In this document: piece after piece, positions 26,716 to 36,974 of the stretch
Position numbering within the stretch: the stretch's first letter is position 1
Layout: every line of letters starts with the position of its first letter
Assembly: GCA_002712885.1 (NCBI GenBank)
Contig: PAUN01000010.1
Coordinates: 70,783-134,782 of the forward strand
Direction of reading: 5' to 3'
Source: Acidobacteriota bacterium
Lineage (GTDB): Bacteria > Acidobacteriota > Vicinamibacteria > Vicinamibacterales > UBA8438
DNA: 64,000 bases
Position numbers and translations under genes: made by a program
Notes under the pieces: generated by a model
Databases searched by the model: none
What the model was told of the DNA's origin: nothing
The model's input: the letters and a program-made list of their open reading frames with translations, nothing else

Positions 26716-29352
26716 TCAGTCGCCGCCGAGACTGATCAAGTTCGCCAGAAGCTGATACGCCCCAGCCGTCCCGGCGGGTAACTGGCGCCACAGGCCGAGC
26801 CCGACATAGATCCAGCGCCCCTCGCCGTAGCGGGCCTCGACCAGCGCCCCACGCTTGGCGCCGGGGTTTGAGGGAAATGAATCGCTCAATTCGACCAGGT
26901 CAATGTAGGCGGGGTCCTTGTCCCCGAGGAAATACAGTCCGCGCTCCTGCACCCAATCATCCCAGGTCGCATCAGAGACGACGTTCGGGAATCCAAAAAC
27001 CTGATGGTCCGGCGCCAGCAGCTGGACCGGCGCGTCCTCGTCGGTGACCCGGTTGCGACTGACCTCCGCCCGGTAGGGTCCGTATTGGGCCGCGTTGAAC
27101 TCGAACTTGTTGTACTGCACGATGAGCGTCCCACCCGCTTCCACGTACTCGAGCAACTGATCGTTGTTGGCGCGAAGGTCGCCGTTGCGCTCATAGGCTC
27201 GAACGCCGGTCACGATGGCATCGAAACCCGACAGGTCGTCGTACGCCAATTGGTCGGCTGAAATGTGCTCCAGCTCGGCGCCAAGCTGCTCAATCGCGGG
27301 CGGCACCTCGTCACCCACACCGTCGACATATCCCACCCGCAGTCCAGGCTCGAGCTTGACATCGATCACGTTCAGCACGGTTCCGGACGGATGGACCAGA
27401 TGCCGGCGACCGATGTGCGGATACTCCACGACCTGATACCCGCGACCGAAGGTCTCGCCAGCGGAGGTGACGGTGGCACCGATGCGATACTCCCCGGCGG
27501 CGACGTCCGCGGGCGCGCGCACGGTGAACCGGACCGTCCGCGCCTCCTCTTCTCGCACAAACTCGACCGGCGCCCGTTCGGGCGACGACGCCCACCCTTC
27601 AGGCAACTCCAGCGCCACCGAACCGCTCGACGGCTCTGGGCTACCGTGACGGACCGTGACCCGGACCTCGCGGGGCTCGGCCGTCCCCAGGGGAAGAATC
27701 GCGATCTGGGGCGTGACCTCGACCGCGAACCGCGGCACGACCTGTAATTCCATCCGCTTCTCGCCAGCGAAGATATCGGCTCCATGCCGATACTCGATCG
27801 CCCGCTCGACCGCCACTCGTCCGGTCGTAAAATCGAGCTCGAAGGTCGCGCGAAATGGCGTCGGGCGGAACGGCAACCCGAACGGCACATCTGGATCGAC
27901 GCGATAGCGCGCCGCGTCGGGTAGCCGCTCCCAATAGATGTTGGTGTCCTGGGCGGTGTCGGGCACTCGCAGCGTCGACTCGCAGTCGTAGACCGCGCCA
28001 CCCGCGACAATGTCGGCGCCGCACGCCAGGTCCTCCTCAGCGAACCCATCGAACCGAATTTCGCGCACCGCGACGGCGGTGTCGCCAAAATTGGCGACCT
28101 GCGCCGACACGGTGACCGCCTGATTTGCCGTCACCACCCCATCCGACGCAAGGGCTTCGAGTCGAAGGTCGTGGACGAGCAGGAGCGCGCGAGCGTACTG
28201 CTGTTCTTTCTGACGCAGCCGAAAGTTGATTTCGAACACCGCATCCTCGGACACCCCGAAGCGCGCCAGCCCGGCGCGCAGGCTGCGAACAACGGTGAGC
28301 CCGGCCAACACGGCCTCCCGCTGGTCTTGCACGTTCCCCGCGTTGAAGGCGTCGAGCGCGGTGGCCCCGTGCGCGGACAACGTGTCAAGCGCTGCCACGA
28401 GCGCCTGTGGGGGCTGATCACCCGCGAACGTGGCCAATCCCCTGATACTGGTGTCGACCCCGTCGAACAGGGTCCGCTCCGGAATCCCCACTTGCCCCGG
28501 AATCGTGGTCTCGGTCAGGAGGTAGCGGGCCGACGCCGGCCCCGGTAGGCTCACCAGCGGCGACATCCCCTGGCACTTATGCATGCTCCGCGCGTGACTC
28601 CCGATCTCGGCGTAGGTGCGACCGAGCACTGGGTCGAACTGACCGGTATCGACGGTCGTCATCCGGCCTGCATCGGCCGCGGGCGCGGCACCACCACGCC
28701 CGAAGCCGAAGCCGAAACCGGCGCTGAAATAGAACTTTCGCACCTGCCACGGTCGCAGCCCGTCGCTCAACTGCTCGGGAAACCGGGTCGCATCGCCGGC
28801 GGCGAGATACGCCTCATGGGCCAACACGGCCGATGCCTGATGGTGCTGCCCTCCCCCGTCGCCGTCGGGACTCATACCGGCAATGACGTCCGGTCGCAGC
28901 GTCCGGATCATCCGAACGTAGTCGCCCAGAATCTCGTCGCGCCCCCACTTCTCGAAGGTCTCCTCCCGACTGAAGGAGTAGCCGAAATCGACGGCGCGGG
29001 TGAAGTATTGTTCTGCGCCATCGAGCCGATGCGCCGCCAGCAGTTCCTCGGTCCGCAAGGCCGCCAGAGCGTCGGACAGCTCGGGCCCGATTTCGTTTTG
29101 TCCGCCGTCCCCCCGCGTGGCGGTGACGAGCGCCGTGCGAATCCCGTGGCCTTTGCTCAGTAGAGCCAAGACCCCATTGTTCTCGTCGTCAGGATGGGCC
29201 GTCGCCATCATGAACGTCCCGACGGTGTTGATCTGGCGTAGCACCAGACCCAATTCGGTCCGACCGGTGACACGGTCGACGGGCTGGGCCGAGAGCACGG
29301 CAAGTCCGACCCCCACGGCCAGAGCCCAGCACGCTAGCAGACGAGTTTTCAT
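26716..29352 (-). CDS. Large secreted PIG-L/LmbE-family deacetylase with C-terminal GATase1/ThuA-like domain
   Basis: Signal peptide. The PIG-L motif is MATAHPDDENNG..TATRGDGGQNE. The C-terminal about 230 aa (..FDAIVTGVRAYE..GGTLIVQYN..) is class-I amidotransferase-like. ATGA overlap with bshA. Confidence 0.8.
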   Translation of the reverse strand: MKTRLLACWALAVGVGLAVLSAQPVDRVTGRTELGLVLRQINTVGTFMMATAHPDDENNGVLALLSKGHGIRTALVTATRGDGGQNEIGPELSDALAALRTEELLAAHRLDGAEQYFTRAVDFGYSFSREETFEKWGRDEILGDYVRMIRTLRPDVIAGMSPDGDGGGQHHQASAVLAHEAYLAAGDATRFPEQLSDGLRPWQVRKFYFSAGFGFGFGRGGAAPAADAGRMTTVDTGQFDPVLGRTYAEIGSHARSMHKCQGMSPLVSLPGPASARYLLTETTIPGQVGIPERTLFDGVDTSIRGLATFAGDQPPQALVAALDTLSAHGATALDAFNAGNVQDQREAVLAGLTVVRSLRAGLARFGVSEDAVFEINFRLRQKEQQYARALLLVHDLRLEALASDGVVTANQAVTVSAQVANFGDTAVAVREIRFDGFAEEDLACGADIVAGGAVYDCESTLRVPDTAQDTNIYWERLPDAARYRVDPDVPFGLPFRPTPFRATFELDFTTGRVAVERAIEYRHGADIFAGEKRMELQVVPRFAVEVTPQIAILPLGTAEPREVRVTVRHGSPEPSSGSVALELPEGWASSPERAPVEFVREEEARTVRFTVRAPADVAAGEYRIGATVTSAGETFGRGYQVVEYPHIGRRHLVHPSGTVLNVIDVKLEPGLRVGYVDGVGDEVPPAIEQLGAELEHISADQLAYDDLSGFDAIVTGVRAYERNGDLRANNDQLLEYVEAGGTLIVQYNKFEFNAAQYGPYRAEVSRNRVTDEDAPVQLLAPDHQVFGFPNVVSDATWDDWVQERGLYFLGDKDPAYIDLVELSDSFPSNPGAKRGALVEARYGEGRWIYVGLGLWRQLPAGTAGAYQLLANLISLGGD

Positions 29353-30491
29353 GATGTTTCGAGTATATCCCGGTAGAACGCCTCGTACTGGGGCACGATG
29401 GCGTTGGCGCAGAACCGCTGCAACACCGCCGCGAGCGCGGCTTCAGAAACCCGTTGATGCAGCGCACCATCCGTCAACAGGGCCACGGCGCTGTCGGCCA
29501 TGGCGTCGGTCGCGTCGAGCGGGTGCAAATAGCCGGTGACCCCGTCGTCAATCACCTCGGGCAGACCGCCCACTTTGGACGCCACGACCGGAACCTGACA
29601 GGCCATCGCCTCAAGCGCCGCCAGACCGAAACTCTCCTCCGCCGACGGCAGGAGAAACAGGTCGGCCACCGAGAGCAGCGGCACCACCTGCTCCTGTTCA
29701 CCAAGCTGCTCCACCGCGTCGGCAACTCCCAGATCACGCGCGCGGCGACCGGCCTTGTCGAGATCGGGCCCGTCCCCCACGAGCAGCAACCGCGACGGCA
29801 CCCGTTCGTGGATACGCGCGAAGATGTCGACCACCGCATCGGTCCGCTTCACGGGTCTGAAATTCGAGACATGAATGACAAGCCGGAGCCGCTCGTCGCC
29901 TCCCGTGAACCGCGCCCGCAGCTCAGGATCAGACGAGCGGTGATGAATGCCGCAGTCCAGGAAATTCGGAATGACGTGAATGTCGGCCCGCACGGGAAGC
30001 TGCCGATACGTGTCGTCCCGCAAGCTGCGTGACACGGCGGTCACCCCGTCGGACTGATCGATGCAGAACGCCGCCGTCTCGGAGTACGAACTATCGCTGC
30101 CGATCAACGTGACGTCGGTGCCATGCAGCGTCGTGATGACGCGAGGCACCTTGACACCAGCGGAATTCGCCAGAATCTGACGGGCCAGATACGCGGCGGC
30201 GGCGTGCGGAATCGCGTAGTGAGCGTGAATGATGTCCAGATCATGTGCACGACTCACCTGGACGATCTTGTTTGCCAGCGACAGCAGGTACTGCGGTTCG
30301 CGAAACAGCGGATACCCGGGCGTTTGCACCGCATGAAAGGCCAGCCCGACATGGTACTCGGGTCCCCGGAACGGCATCTCCGTGCTGATCAACCGGACTT
30401 GATGTCCACGGTCGGCCAACGCTTTGGCGAGTTCCGTCGCCACGATCCCGCTTCCACCCACCGACGCGTAGCAGACGATACCAATGTTCAT
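29349..30491 (-). CDS. bshA: N-acetyl-alpha-D-glucosaminyl L-malate synthase (bacillithiol biosynthesis GT4)
   Basis: Near-colinear with B. subtilis BshA as I recall it: IVCYASVGGSGIVATELAK.L...GH, DIIHAHYAIPHA, TTLHGTD, VIHVSNFRPVKR, LLLVGDGP, SFGLAALEAMAC.VP, GG.PEVI..G.TG. Confidence 0.9.
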   Translation of the reverse strand: MNIGIVCYASVGGSGIVATELAKALADRGHQVRLISTEMPFRGPEYHVGLAFHAVQTPGYPLFREPQYLLSLANKIVQVSRAHDLDIIHAHYAIPHAAAAYLARQILANSAGVKVPRVITTLHGTDVTLIGSDSSYSETAAFCIDQSDGVTAVSRSLRDDTYRQLPVRADIHVIPNFLDCGIHHRSSDPELRARFTGGDERLRLVIHVSNFRPVKRTDAVVDIFARIHERVPSRLLLVGDGPDLDKAGRRARDLGVADAVEQLGEQEQVVPLLSVADLFLLPSAEESFGLAALEAMACQVPVVASKVGGLPEVIDDGVTGYLHPLDATDAMADSAVALLTDGALHQRVSEAALAAVLQRFCANAIVPQYEAFYRDILETS

Positions 30492-30509
30492 AAGATACGA
30501 TCAGGAGAC

Positions 30510-31208
30510 CTATTTCATCACGTCCGACCGGAGGATCGGCTCCTTGACGATGAACCCTTCCGCGAACGCCACCCCGACCGAGACCCCGAACCCGGCGTCG
30601 CGGGTCTCGATCAACTGCCGAAATCGGGATGTGGTGAGCCGAGTCGAGACGGCACCAGCTCCCTCCGGGGTGAACTGGCTGCGATGGCAGTCGAGCGCCC
30701 GGCGTTTGGTCTCGTAGTCATCCGACACGTCGACCACGAACGACGGCGTGGCCGTCCCATTGATGAAGTAGTAGCACACCCAATCCGGCCGCCACGGATC
30801 ACCCTCAGCGATGTATTTCCTCAACCCACCCGTGAAGACTGCCCGCGTGAGCAGCTGGCTGGCGGCCACGTGGTCCGGATGGCGGTCGGCCCAGTGAGGA
30901 ATGAGCACCGTGGCGGGACGGTTGCGCCGCAGGCACTCGACCGCGCTTCGTAACTGATCCGGCCCCCCGATCTCGCCATCGGGCCACTCAAGGTTCTCGC
31001 GCCACGCGGCGCCCAACACCTCGGCGCCGGCCTCCGCTTCAGACCGCCGTTCGTCCACGGTGCCGTTGCTGCCGAGTTCGCCTCGAGTCAGGTCGCACAA
31101 GCCAACGCGATGACCGCATCGGGCCTGTTTGGAGACGGTACCGCCGATGCCGATTTCAATATCGTCCGGGTGCGGGCCGAACGCCAGGAGGTCGACCGAC
31201 ATATCCAT
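30510..31208 (-). CDS. bshB1: N-acetyl-alpha-D-glucosaminyl L-malate deacetylase 1
   Basis: LAFGPHPDDIEIGIGGT, GLCDLTRGELGSNGT, DRHPDH and SQF match BshB1/LmbE. Start at ATG 31208 or 31202. Confidence 0.9.
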   Translation of the reverse strand: MDMSVDLLAFGPHPDDIEIGIGGTVSKQARCGHRVGLCDLTRGELGSNGTVDERRSEAEAGAEVLGAAWRENLEWPDGEIGGPDQLRSAVECLRRNRPATVLIPHWADRHPDHVAASQLLTRAVFTGGLRKYIAEGDPWRPDWVCYYFINGTATPSFVVDVSDDYETKRRALDCHRSQFTPEGAGAVSTRLTTSRFRQLIETRDAGFGVSVGVAFAEGFIVKEPILRSDVMK

Positions 31209-31470
31209 TTCTCTTGTCCTCTCTCGTGCCTCGAAATGGACCAATTCGAGGAGTCACGAGCGACAACGAAGCGACAACGGTGAACAACAATGAAACACAC
31301 CGCCAACACCACGTACACATCCGTAAGTTTTCGCGACCCAAAGAACGGTCGCTTGACCCCTGATTCGCGAGAGCATTTCGTATACAAACTGGTGCCCTTA
31401 CACCACTTTACGACTTGCACCCTATCGGTCGTCGGATCCTTGGCAACGCTCTTGCTCTGAGAACTGGTCG

Positions 31471-32040
31471 ATGGCAACGCAACGACAGACACCTGGAACC
31501 GACTGGCGCGAGCAAGGTTTCTCGCTCATTGAGCTCATCATATCGGTCCTCGTCATGGGCGCGATGTTCGCTATTGCCCTCCCCGCCGGCAAGGCTGCAC
31601 TCGATTCCCTTGACCACCCGCGAGGTGGAACGCGAGCTCCAGACGGCCCGCATGCGAGCCGTGTCGGCCAACCGACCGATGCGAGTCAAGCTGAACCGCC
31701 CGGAAGATGGGCAGTATCGCCGGGTCGAGGTCACCGGCGTCGTGGCGACGGACGGAGACGGAGCCGGGAGCCGTTGTGACGAAGCCTTGTATGGATTCCC
31801 GGGGCCAGAGACAACGACCGGGCCACCCCGGAGCACGATGGCCCCCTCCGTCGTCTCGCCCCCGGTATCGACGCGCTGCTCGGTCCCAAGTTGGAGTTTT
31901 CAGCCGACGGGACGACCCGAGTGGTCGTCAATAGGACCGTGCAGACCATGACCACCGACGGGATGGTGCAAATCGAACGCAACGGTGCAATCCAGGAGAT
32001 TACGGTCAATCACCTCGGAAAAATCACGCTGGTCACATGA
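31471..32040 (+). pseudogene. GspH/FimT-like pseudopilin gene disrupted by two compensating frameshifts
   Basis: The prepilin motif QG|FSLIELIISVLVMGAMFAIALPA (Glu at +5) is in frame 1. The GspH-like LTTREVERELQTARMRAVSANRPMRVKL.. is in frame 2, from about 31605. Frame 1 resumes near a C5 run (31842-46 or 31859-63) and reads ..PGIDALLGPKLEFSADGTTRVVVNRTVQ..HLGKITLVT*. Confidence 0.65.
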
Positions 32041-32514
32041 GCGGGGCTTCGGATTTATTGAGACGCTGACCTCGGTCGGCGTGCTCACCGTCGTGTCCGT
32101 CGGGGTCGCCCAACTGTTTGCGGTCGCGGCGCTGACGAACCACAACGACGCGGCGAGAACATCGACTGCGGTGTTGGCGGTTGACAAGATGGAGCAGTTC
32201 CGTGCGCTGACGTGGGGATTCGAGTCGCTCCTTGACGACGAGTTGGGCCTCCCTGTGTCTGATCGACGACCGACATCACCATCTTTCCTCAGGCCGCCGG
32301 CGAGCCAGGCCTCCTCCCGTCCCCGAACGGCACGCTGGAAACGAACATTCCATTCTATGTGGACTTTCTGGACGAGGACGGCGACTGGCTGGGCACCGGT
32401 GGCTCACCGTCCGTCTCAACGGCCCCCAGCGGGCCCGGGTCAGTCATCCCGACACTGAGACCGAGGAAGCAACAACGCCAGAACGACCGTAGGCCCACCC
32501 AGTTTTCCTGGTAA
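32037..32514 (+). pseudogene. Second pseudopilin gene (minor-pilin-like), frameshifted at the start and mid-gene, 3' end running into a repeat
   Basis: ATG 32037 forms an ATGA overlap with the previous stop but is out of frame by 1 nt (G4 run 32043-46) with RG|FGFIETLTSVGVLTVVSVGVAQLF (Glu +5). A further shift lies near 32255-32268, leading into ..DITIFPQAAGEPGLLPSPNGTLETNIPFYVDFLDEDGDWLG... The last codons are encoded by repeat copy C. Confidence 0.6.
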
Positions 32515-32591
32515 GGCGCGACGAGGGAGCAGGCAGGCGGCATGTGGCCGAGGACGCAACGCCGCCAGGTAGACGCCTCGCCAGGAAAACC
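32502..32591 (+). repeat. Repeat family 1, copy C
   Basis: GTTTTCCTGGTAAGGCG...GGGAGCAGGCAGGCGGCATGTGGCCGAGGACGCAACGCC...CGCCTCGCCAGGAAAACC. It is flanked by CCGTAG (32487-92) and CTACGG (32593-98, the M49 stop). Confidence 0.75.
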
Positions 32592-32592
32592 T

Positions 32593-34605
32593 CTACGGCA
32601 TACTCTTCCCGGAGTACTCCAGCATCTGGGCCGTAAAGTCCTGCGGGTAGGAGATGCGCACGTCCGTGATCACGCCGTCCGCGTCAACGACCGGTTCCAG
32701 ACGCGGCTGGACGAACCCGGTGTAGGACGGCAGGCCGACCGACGCCACGCGTTCGACCACTTCATCTCGCAACGCCCCGTCGAAGTAAATGCCGTATGAC
32801 TCGAACAGCGTCCGCGCGGCCTCGTAATCGCCTTCCGACTTAATCCGCTGGACTTCAGCCAGCAAGGTGGCGACACCTTCCCGGAACGCTCGCCAGTCGG
32901 TCATCACGAAGAAGGTCTTTCCGTCGCGGGTTCGCGGCTCGATCGCGGTCGTATTGTCCATCAGCCAGCGAACGATCATCTGGCGGTTCCGCATGTGGTC
33001 TTGTTCGATCTGGGTGCCCTCGCGAATGCGGCGCAGCTGAAGCAACGCGTTTCGGGTGTAGCTCTCATACTCCGCTCGCACAATCTCCTCCTGCGCGTCG
33101 GCCGGCAACACGCCCAGTTCGACCAGCTTGGGGTCCGGCAGAAAATACAGCCCCACCAGGTCGGCCCGGGCCTCTTCCAGTGCCGAGTATTGCTCCTTCA
33201 AATCCGGTTGGGCCGAGCCACCGAGCCGCTCTGCCAGCTTGCCAGAGGCGTGGCCGATGACCTCGTGCATGTTCGTCGTCATCTCACCGGCGAGTCTTCC
33301 CCACCGGCGCGAGCGCTCCGCCTCTTCAGGACTCCACGCGAACTCCTGTCGATAGTTCGCCGGGCTTGACTGATCGTAGGCGTCGTTCACATTCGAGAGC
33401 GACACTGACTTACTGCCGTACTGCTCCCGCACGGCCTGGTTGTTGGGCAAGTTGATGCCAATCGGCGTGATCGGTCCCGAGTCACCCGTCTCAACCACTA
33501 CATCGATGGCGTTGGCCGTGATACCGGTCACGCTGTCCTTGCGGTACTTGGGGTCCCACGGCATCCGGTTCTCAAACCACTGGGCGTTGGCGGCCAGCGT
33601 CTTGATGGCGCCGGTCTTTTCCGGATTGACGTAGAACACCAGAGCCTCCCAGGCTCCCTTCGCCCCGCGCGCGTCCATGTACACCTCGGTGAACCCGTTG
33701 ATCGTGTCGACGCTCGACTCCTGGTCCGCGACCCAGGCGATATCGTAGGCGCGCTGGTCCACCGGAGCACCAGTGCGGTAATAGACGGCGTTCGCCCGTA
33801 GCGCTTTTGCCATCGGCTCCGTGGCAAACGGCGCCGCGGCCTCGAGATGGCGGATGATCTCGGTGATCTGTTCGCTGTACTTGCCCCCGACCTTGTACAC
33901 CTCCTCCACCAACCGGCCATCGACCTTCACGAGCCTAGACGTCAGGGGGTACTGCTCCTCGAAGCCGTCGAGATCGGCCGTCGAGACATCCTTGTAGAGA
34001 TTGTTCGCGCTGGACAGCAGGAGGTCGTCGCCCGGCCCCGGGGCCTTATTAGTGACGATCGGGTCGACGTCGAGGTCGAAGAACAGGGACTGCATGCGCG
34101 CGACCATCTGCGTCACCGTTTCGCCCGTGTGAGTCGGCAAGGTCGCCCCGGCTTCGGCCGCGGCGGCGACGGCGGCCGCGAACGCGGTCGGAGTGGTGTT
34201 GAGGACGAACTTCCGGGCGGTCAGATTGTTGAACGGCCCCGTATTCAACCAAAACAGCTTGGTGTACTGATGGATGGCGTCCAGCGTCGTGGGGTCGACA
34301 CCGGCAGGATGGGTGATGATTTCCTCGAGCACCTCACGCATCTCGAGGTTGTGCTCGTACCGCTGGTCGTAATAGATGTCGCGACCGGCCAGCGCGGCCT
34401 GGTAGAGATGCCAGATCAAGGTCTTCTCGCGCAGGGACAGCGACGCGAACCCATCGGCGTAGAGCTGCACGATGGCCGCATCGTCGACGCGTTCCAGTAA
34501 GTAGGGTCGGTCGCCAGACTCTTGCGCCGCCGCTGGGGCCGGGGCCCCGCCCGACAGTGCCGCACCAACCACTGCTGCCAGCATCACCGCTCCTCGATGT
34601 CGCAT
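32593..34605 (-). CDS. Dipeptidyl-peptidase III-like zinc metallopeptidase (family M49), secreted
   Basis: HEVIGH (the HExxGH motif) and EEARADLVGLYF (the second M49 motif). Signal peptide. ATG 34605 is preceded by GGAGG. Confidence 0.85.
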   Translation of the reverse strand: MRHRGAVMLAAVVGAALSGGAPAPAAAQESGDRPYLLERVDDAAIVQLYADGFASLSLREKTLIWHLYQAALAGRDIYYDQRYEHNLEMREVLEEIITHPAGVDPTTLDAIHQYTKLFWLNTGPFNNLTARKFVLNTTPTAFAAAVAAAAEAGATLPTHTGETVTQMVARMQSLFFDLDVDPIVTNKAPGPGDDLLLSSANNLYKDVSTADLDGFEEQYPLTSRLVKVDGRLVEEVYKVGGKYSEQITEIIRHLEAAAPFATEPMAKALRANAVYYRTGAPVDQRAYDIAWVADQESSVDTINGFTEVYMDARGAKGAWEALVFYVNPEKTGAIKTLAANAQWFENRMPWDPKYRKDSVTGITANAIDVVVETGDSGPITPIGINLPNNQAVREQYGSKSVSLSNVNDAYDQSSPANYRQEFAWSPEEAERSRRWGRLAGEMTTNMHEVIGHASGKLAERLGGSAQPDLKEQYSALEEARADLVGLYFLPDPKLVELGVLPADAQEEIVRAEYESYTRNALLQLRRIREGTQIEQDHMRNRQMIVRWLMDNTTAIEPRTRDGKTFFVMTDWRAFREGVATLLAEVQRIKSEGDYEAARTLFESYGIYFDGALRDEVVERVASVGLPSYTGFVQPRLEPVVDADGVITDVRISYPQDFTAQMLEYSGKSMP

Positions 34606-34706
34606 CGATCCTCCCCGCAGAGCCTCAATACCCCCGGCCAATCTTTTGCTAAGCTGTTCATGTTAACCCGGCCGGTCGAAGCTCGTCCGGCCAAGGGAGA
34701 TCCCTC

Positions 34707-36974
34707 ATGACCCGTTCTCGTGTGCTACCCGCCACCCTCGTCGCGATAGCGACGCTGCTGTTGTCCGAGGTCGCGCCGGCGCAACAGCGCATGCTCACGA
34801 TTGACGACATCTACGCGCCGGAGACTCGGGTCGACTTCTCGGGACGTGTACCGACCGATCTCCGGTGGCTCAGCGACACACACTATCTGCTGCGCGAGCG
34901 CGACCCCGATAGTGGCCGGACGGATCTGTTGCGGGTGGACGCCGTCACCGGCGACAGCGAACCGCATCTGGACCTCGGCGAGTTCGAGCGCGCCCTGTCC
35001 GACACGCCGGGCATGAGCCTGGACGCGGCTCGTCGAGCGGTGCGTTCGGGACGGTATATCTGGGATAGCGACCACGATGCTCTCGTCCTGACCATTTCAC
35101 GCGATCTGTACTACTTCACCCGCTCACCGATCGACGGTGGTCGGGTGGAGCGACTGACCCGAGACGCGGCGCTTGAATCCATGCCGACGTTCAGCCCTGA
35201 TGGCACCATGGTCGCGTTCGTGCGTGACCACGACCTCGTTGTAGTCGACGTGAGGCATCACCGCGAATGGGCTCTGACTCGTGGCGGTGGCCCGGATCTG
35301 CTCAACGCCGAACTCGACTGGGTCTACCAGGAAGAGATCTATGGTCGGGGTGACTTCAAGGGCTTCTGGTGGAGTCCGGACTCGACACGATTGGCCTACC
35401 TGCAGACCGACGAGAGTCCCGTGCAGGAGTTCACGGTTGTCGACCATCTGCCGTATCGGCTGGATCTCGAAGTCACCGACTATCCGAAAGCCGGCGACGC
35501 GAACCCGCTGGTACGCCTCGGGGTCGTAGCGGCCGTGGGCGGCGAGACGACCTGGCTCGATCTGGACCGCTACACTCCAACCGACGCGCTGGTGGTGTCG
35601 GTGGGATGGTCTCGGTACGGAGACAACGTGGTGTTTCAGGTGCAGAACCGGGAGCAGACCTGGCTCGACCTCAATCTGGGCGACCCCGCGAACGGAACGA
35701 CCACACGACTATTCCAGGAGACCACGCCCGCCTGGGTGGACGTCCACGGCCCCCCGACGTGGCTCGAAGACGGTACTTTTGTCTGGCTCAGCGAGCGATC
35801 GGGCTGGAAGCACCTGTATCACTACGAGGCGGATGGCACGCTGATCACCCAGGTCACCGACGGCGAATGGGAGCTGCGCACGCTGCACGGCGTGAACGAG
35901 GACGAGGAGAACAACCCTGTCTACTTCTCAGGCACGCAACGGAGTCCGATCGGGAGTGATGTCTATCGGGTGAACCTGGACGGAAGCGCGCTGACCCGTC
36001 TGTCAGAGGCACCGGGCACGCATCGGGCCCGCTTCAGCCCCGGATACGCGCGTTACCTCGATACGTGGAGCGACATCGATACCCCACCACAGCTTCGGGT
36101 GCATGCGGCCGACGGCACCGAGACGCGCGTCGTCGACGAGAACATCGTCGAGACGCTGGACGACTACCGCCTGGCGGTGCCCAAGTTCCTGCAGGTCGCC
36201 ACGCGCGACGGCTTCGTCATGGAAGCGATGATGATCAAGCCGCCGGACTTCGACCCCTCGCTCCGGTACCCGGTGTTCCAGCACACCTACGCCGGCCCCC
36301 ATGCCCAACAGGTGCAGAACAGATGGGGCGGCAGCGCCCAGATGTTCTACCAGTTGCTGGCACAGCAGGGCATCATCGTGTGGGTCATGGACAACCGCAC
36401 GGCGAGCGGGAAAGGCGCGGTGTCGACCTGGCCGGTCTACCAGAACTTTGGTGAGCTGGAACTCCGAGACATCGAAGACGGGCTCGCCTGGCTGAAGACG
36501 CAATCCTACGTCGACGGAAGCCGTATCGGGATCGAAGGCTGGAGCTATGGCGGGTTCATGACGAGCTATGCGCTCACCCACAGTGAGAGCTTTGCCATGG
36601 GCATCGCCGGTGGAACCGTCAGCGACTGGCGCGACTACGACACCATCTACACCGAGCGATTCATGCGGACGCCGCAGAACAACCCGGAGGGCTACCGCAA
36701 GAGTTCGCCGCGCTTCAACGCCGCCGACCTCCACGGAGCGCTGCTACTGCTGCACGGCACGATGGACGACAATGTTCATCTGCAGAACACACTCCAGTTC
36801 ACGTACGCGTTGCAGAAGGCAGGGAAGCCGTTCGAACTGATGCTGTATCCCAAGTCGCGCCACAGTGTGACCGACCCCGACCTGAACACCCATCTCCGTC
36901 GAGGCATGCTCGACTTCATCCTCGAACACCTGCGACCGGCCGGCACCGCACCGACCAGGCCAACGGGACAGTAG
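34707..36974 (+). CDS. Dipeptidyl peptidase IV / S9B prolyl oligopeptidase family serine peptidase, secreted
   Basis: DPP4 N-terminal propeller blocks (SPDG..VAF, WSPDS..LAY) and the catalytic GWSYGGFM plus DDNVH..N in an alpha/beta hydrolase domain. Confidence 0.9.
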   Translation: MTRSRVLPATLVAIATLLLSEVAPAQQRMLTIDDIYAPETRVDFSGRVPTDLRWLSDTHYLLRERDPDSGRTDLLRVDAVTGDSEPHLDLGEFERALSDTPGMSLDAARRAVRSGRYIWDSDHDALVLTISRDLYYFTRSPIDGGRVERLTRDAALESMPTFSPDGTMVAFVRDHDLVVVDVRHHREWALTRGGGPDLLNAELDWVYQEEIYGRGDFKGFWWSPDSTRLAYLQTDESPVQEFTVVDHLPYRLDLEVTDYPKAGDANPLVRLGVVAAVGGETTWLDLDRYTPTDALVVSVGWSRYGDNVVFQVQNREQTWLDLNLGDPANGTTTRLFQETTPAWVDVHGPPTWLEDGTFVWLSERSGWKHLYHYEADGTLITQVTDGEWELRTLHGVNEDEENNPVYFSGTQRSPIGSDVYRVNLDGSALTRLSEAPGTHRARFSPGYARYLDTWSDIDTPPQLRVHAADGTETRVVDENIVETLDDYRLAVPKFLQVATRDGFVMEAMMIKPPDFDPSLRYPVFQHTYAGPHAQQVQNRWGGSAQMFYQLLAQQGIIVWVMDNRTASGKGAVSTWPVYQNFGELELRDIEDGLAWLKTQSYVDGSRIGIEGWSYGGFMTSYALTHSESFAMGIAGGTVSDWRDYDTIYTERFMRTPQNNPEGYRKSSPRFNAADLHGALLLLHGTMDDNVHLQNTLQFTYALQKAGKPFELMLYPKSRHSVTDPDLNTHLRRGMLDFILEHLRPAGTAPTRPTGQ

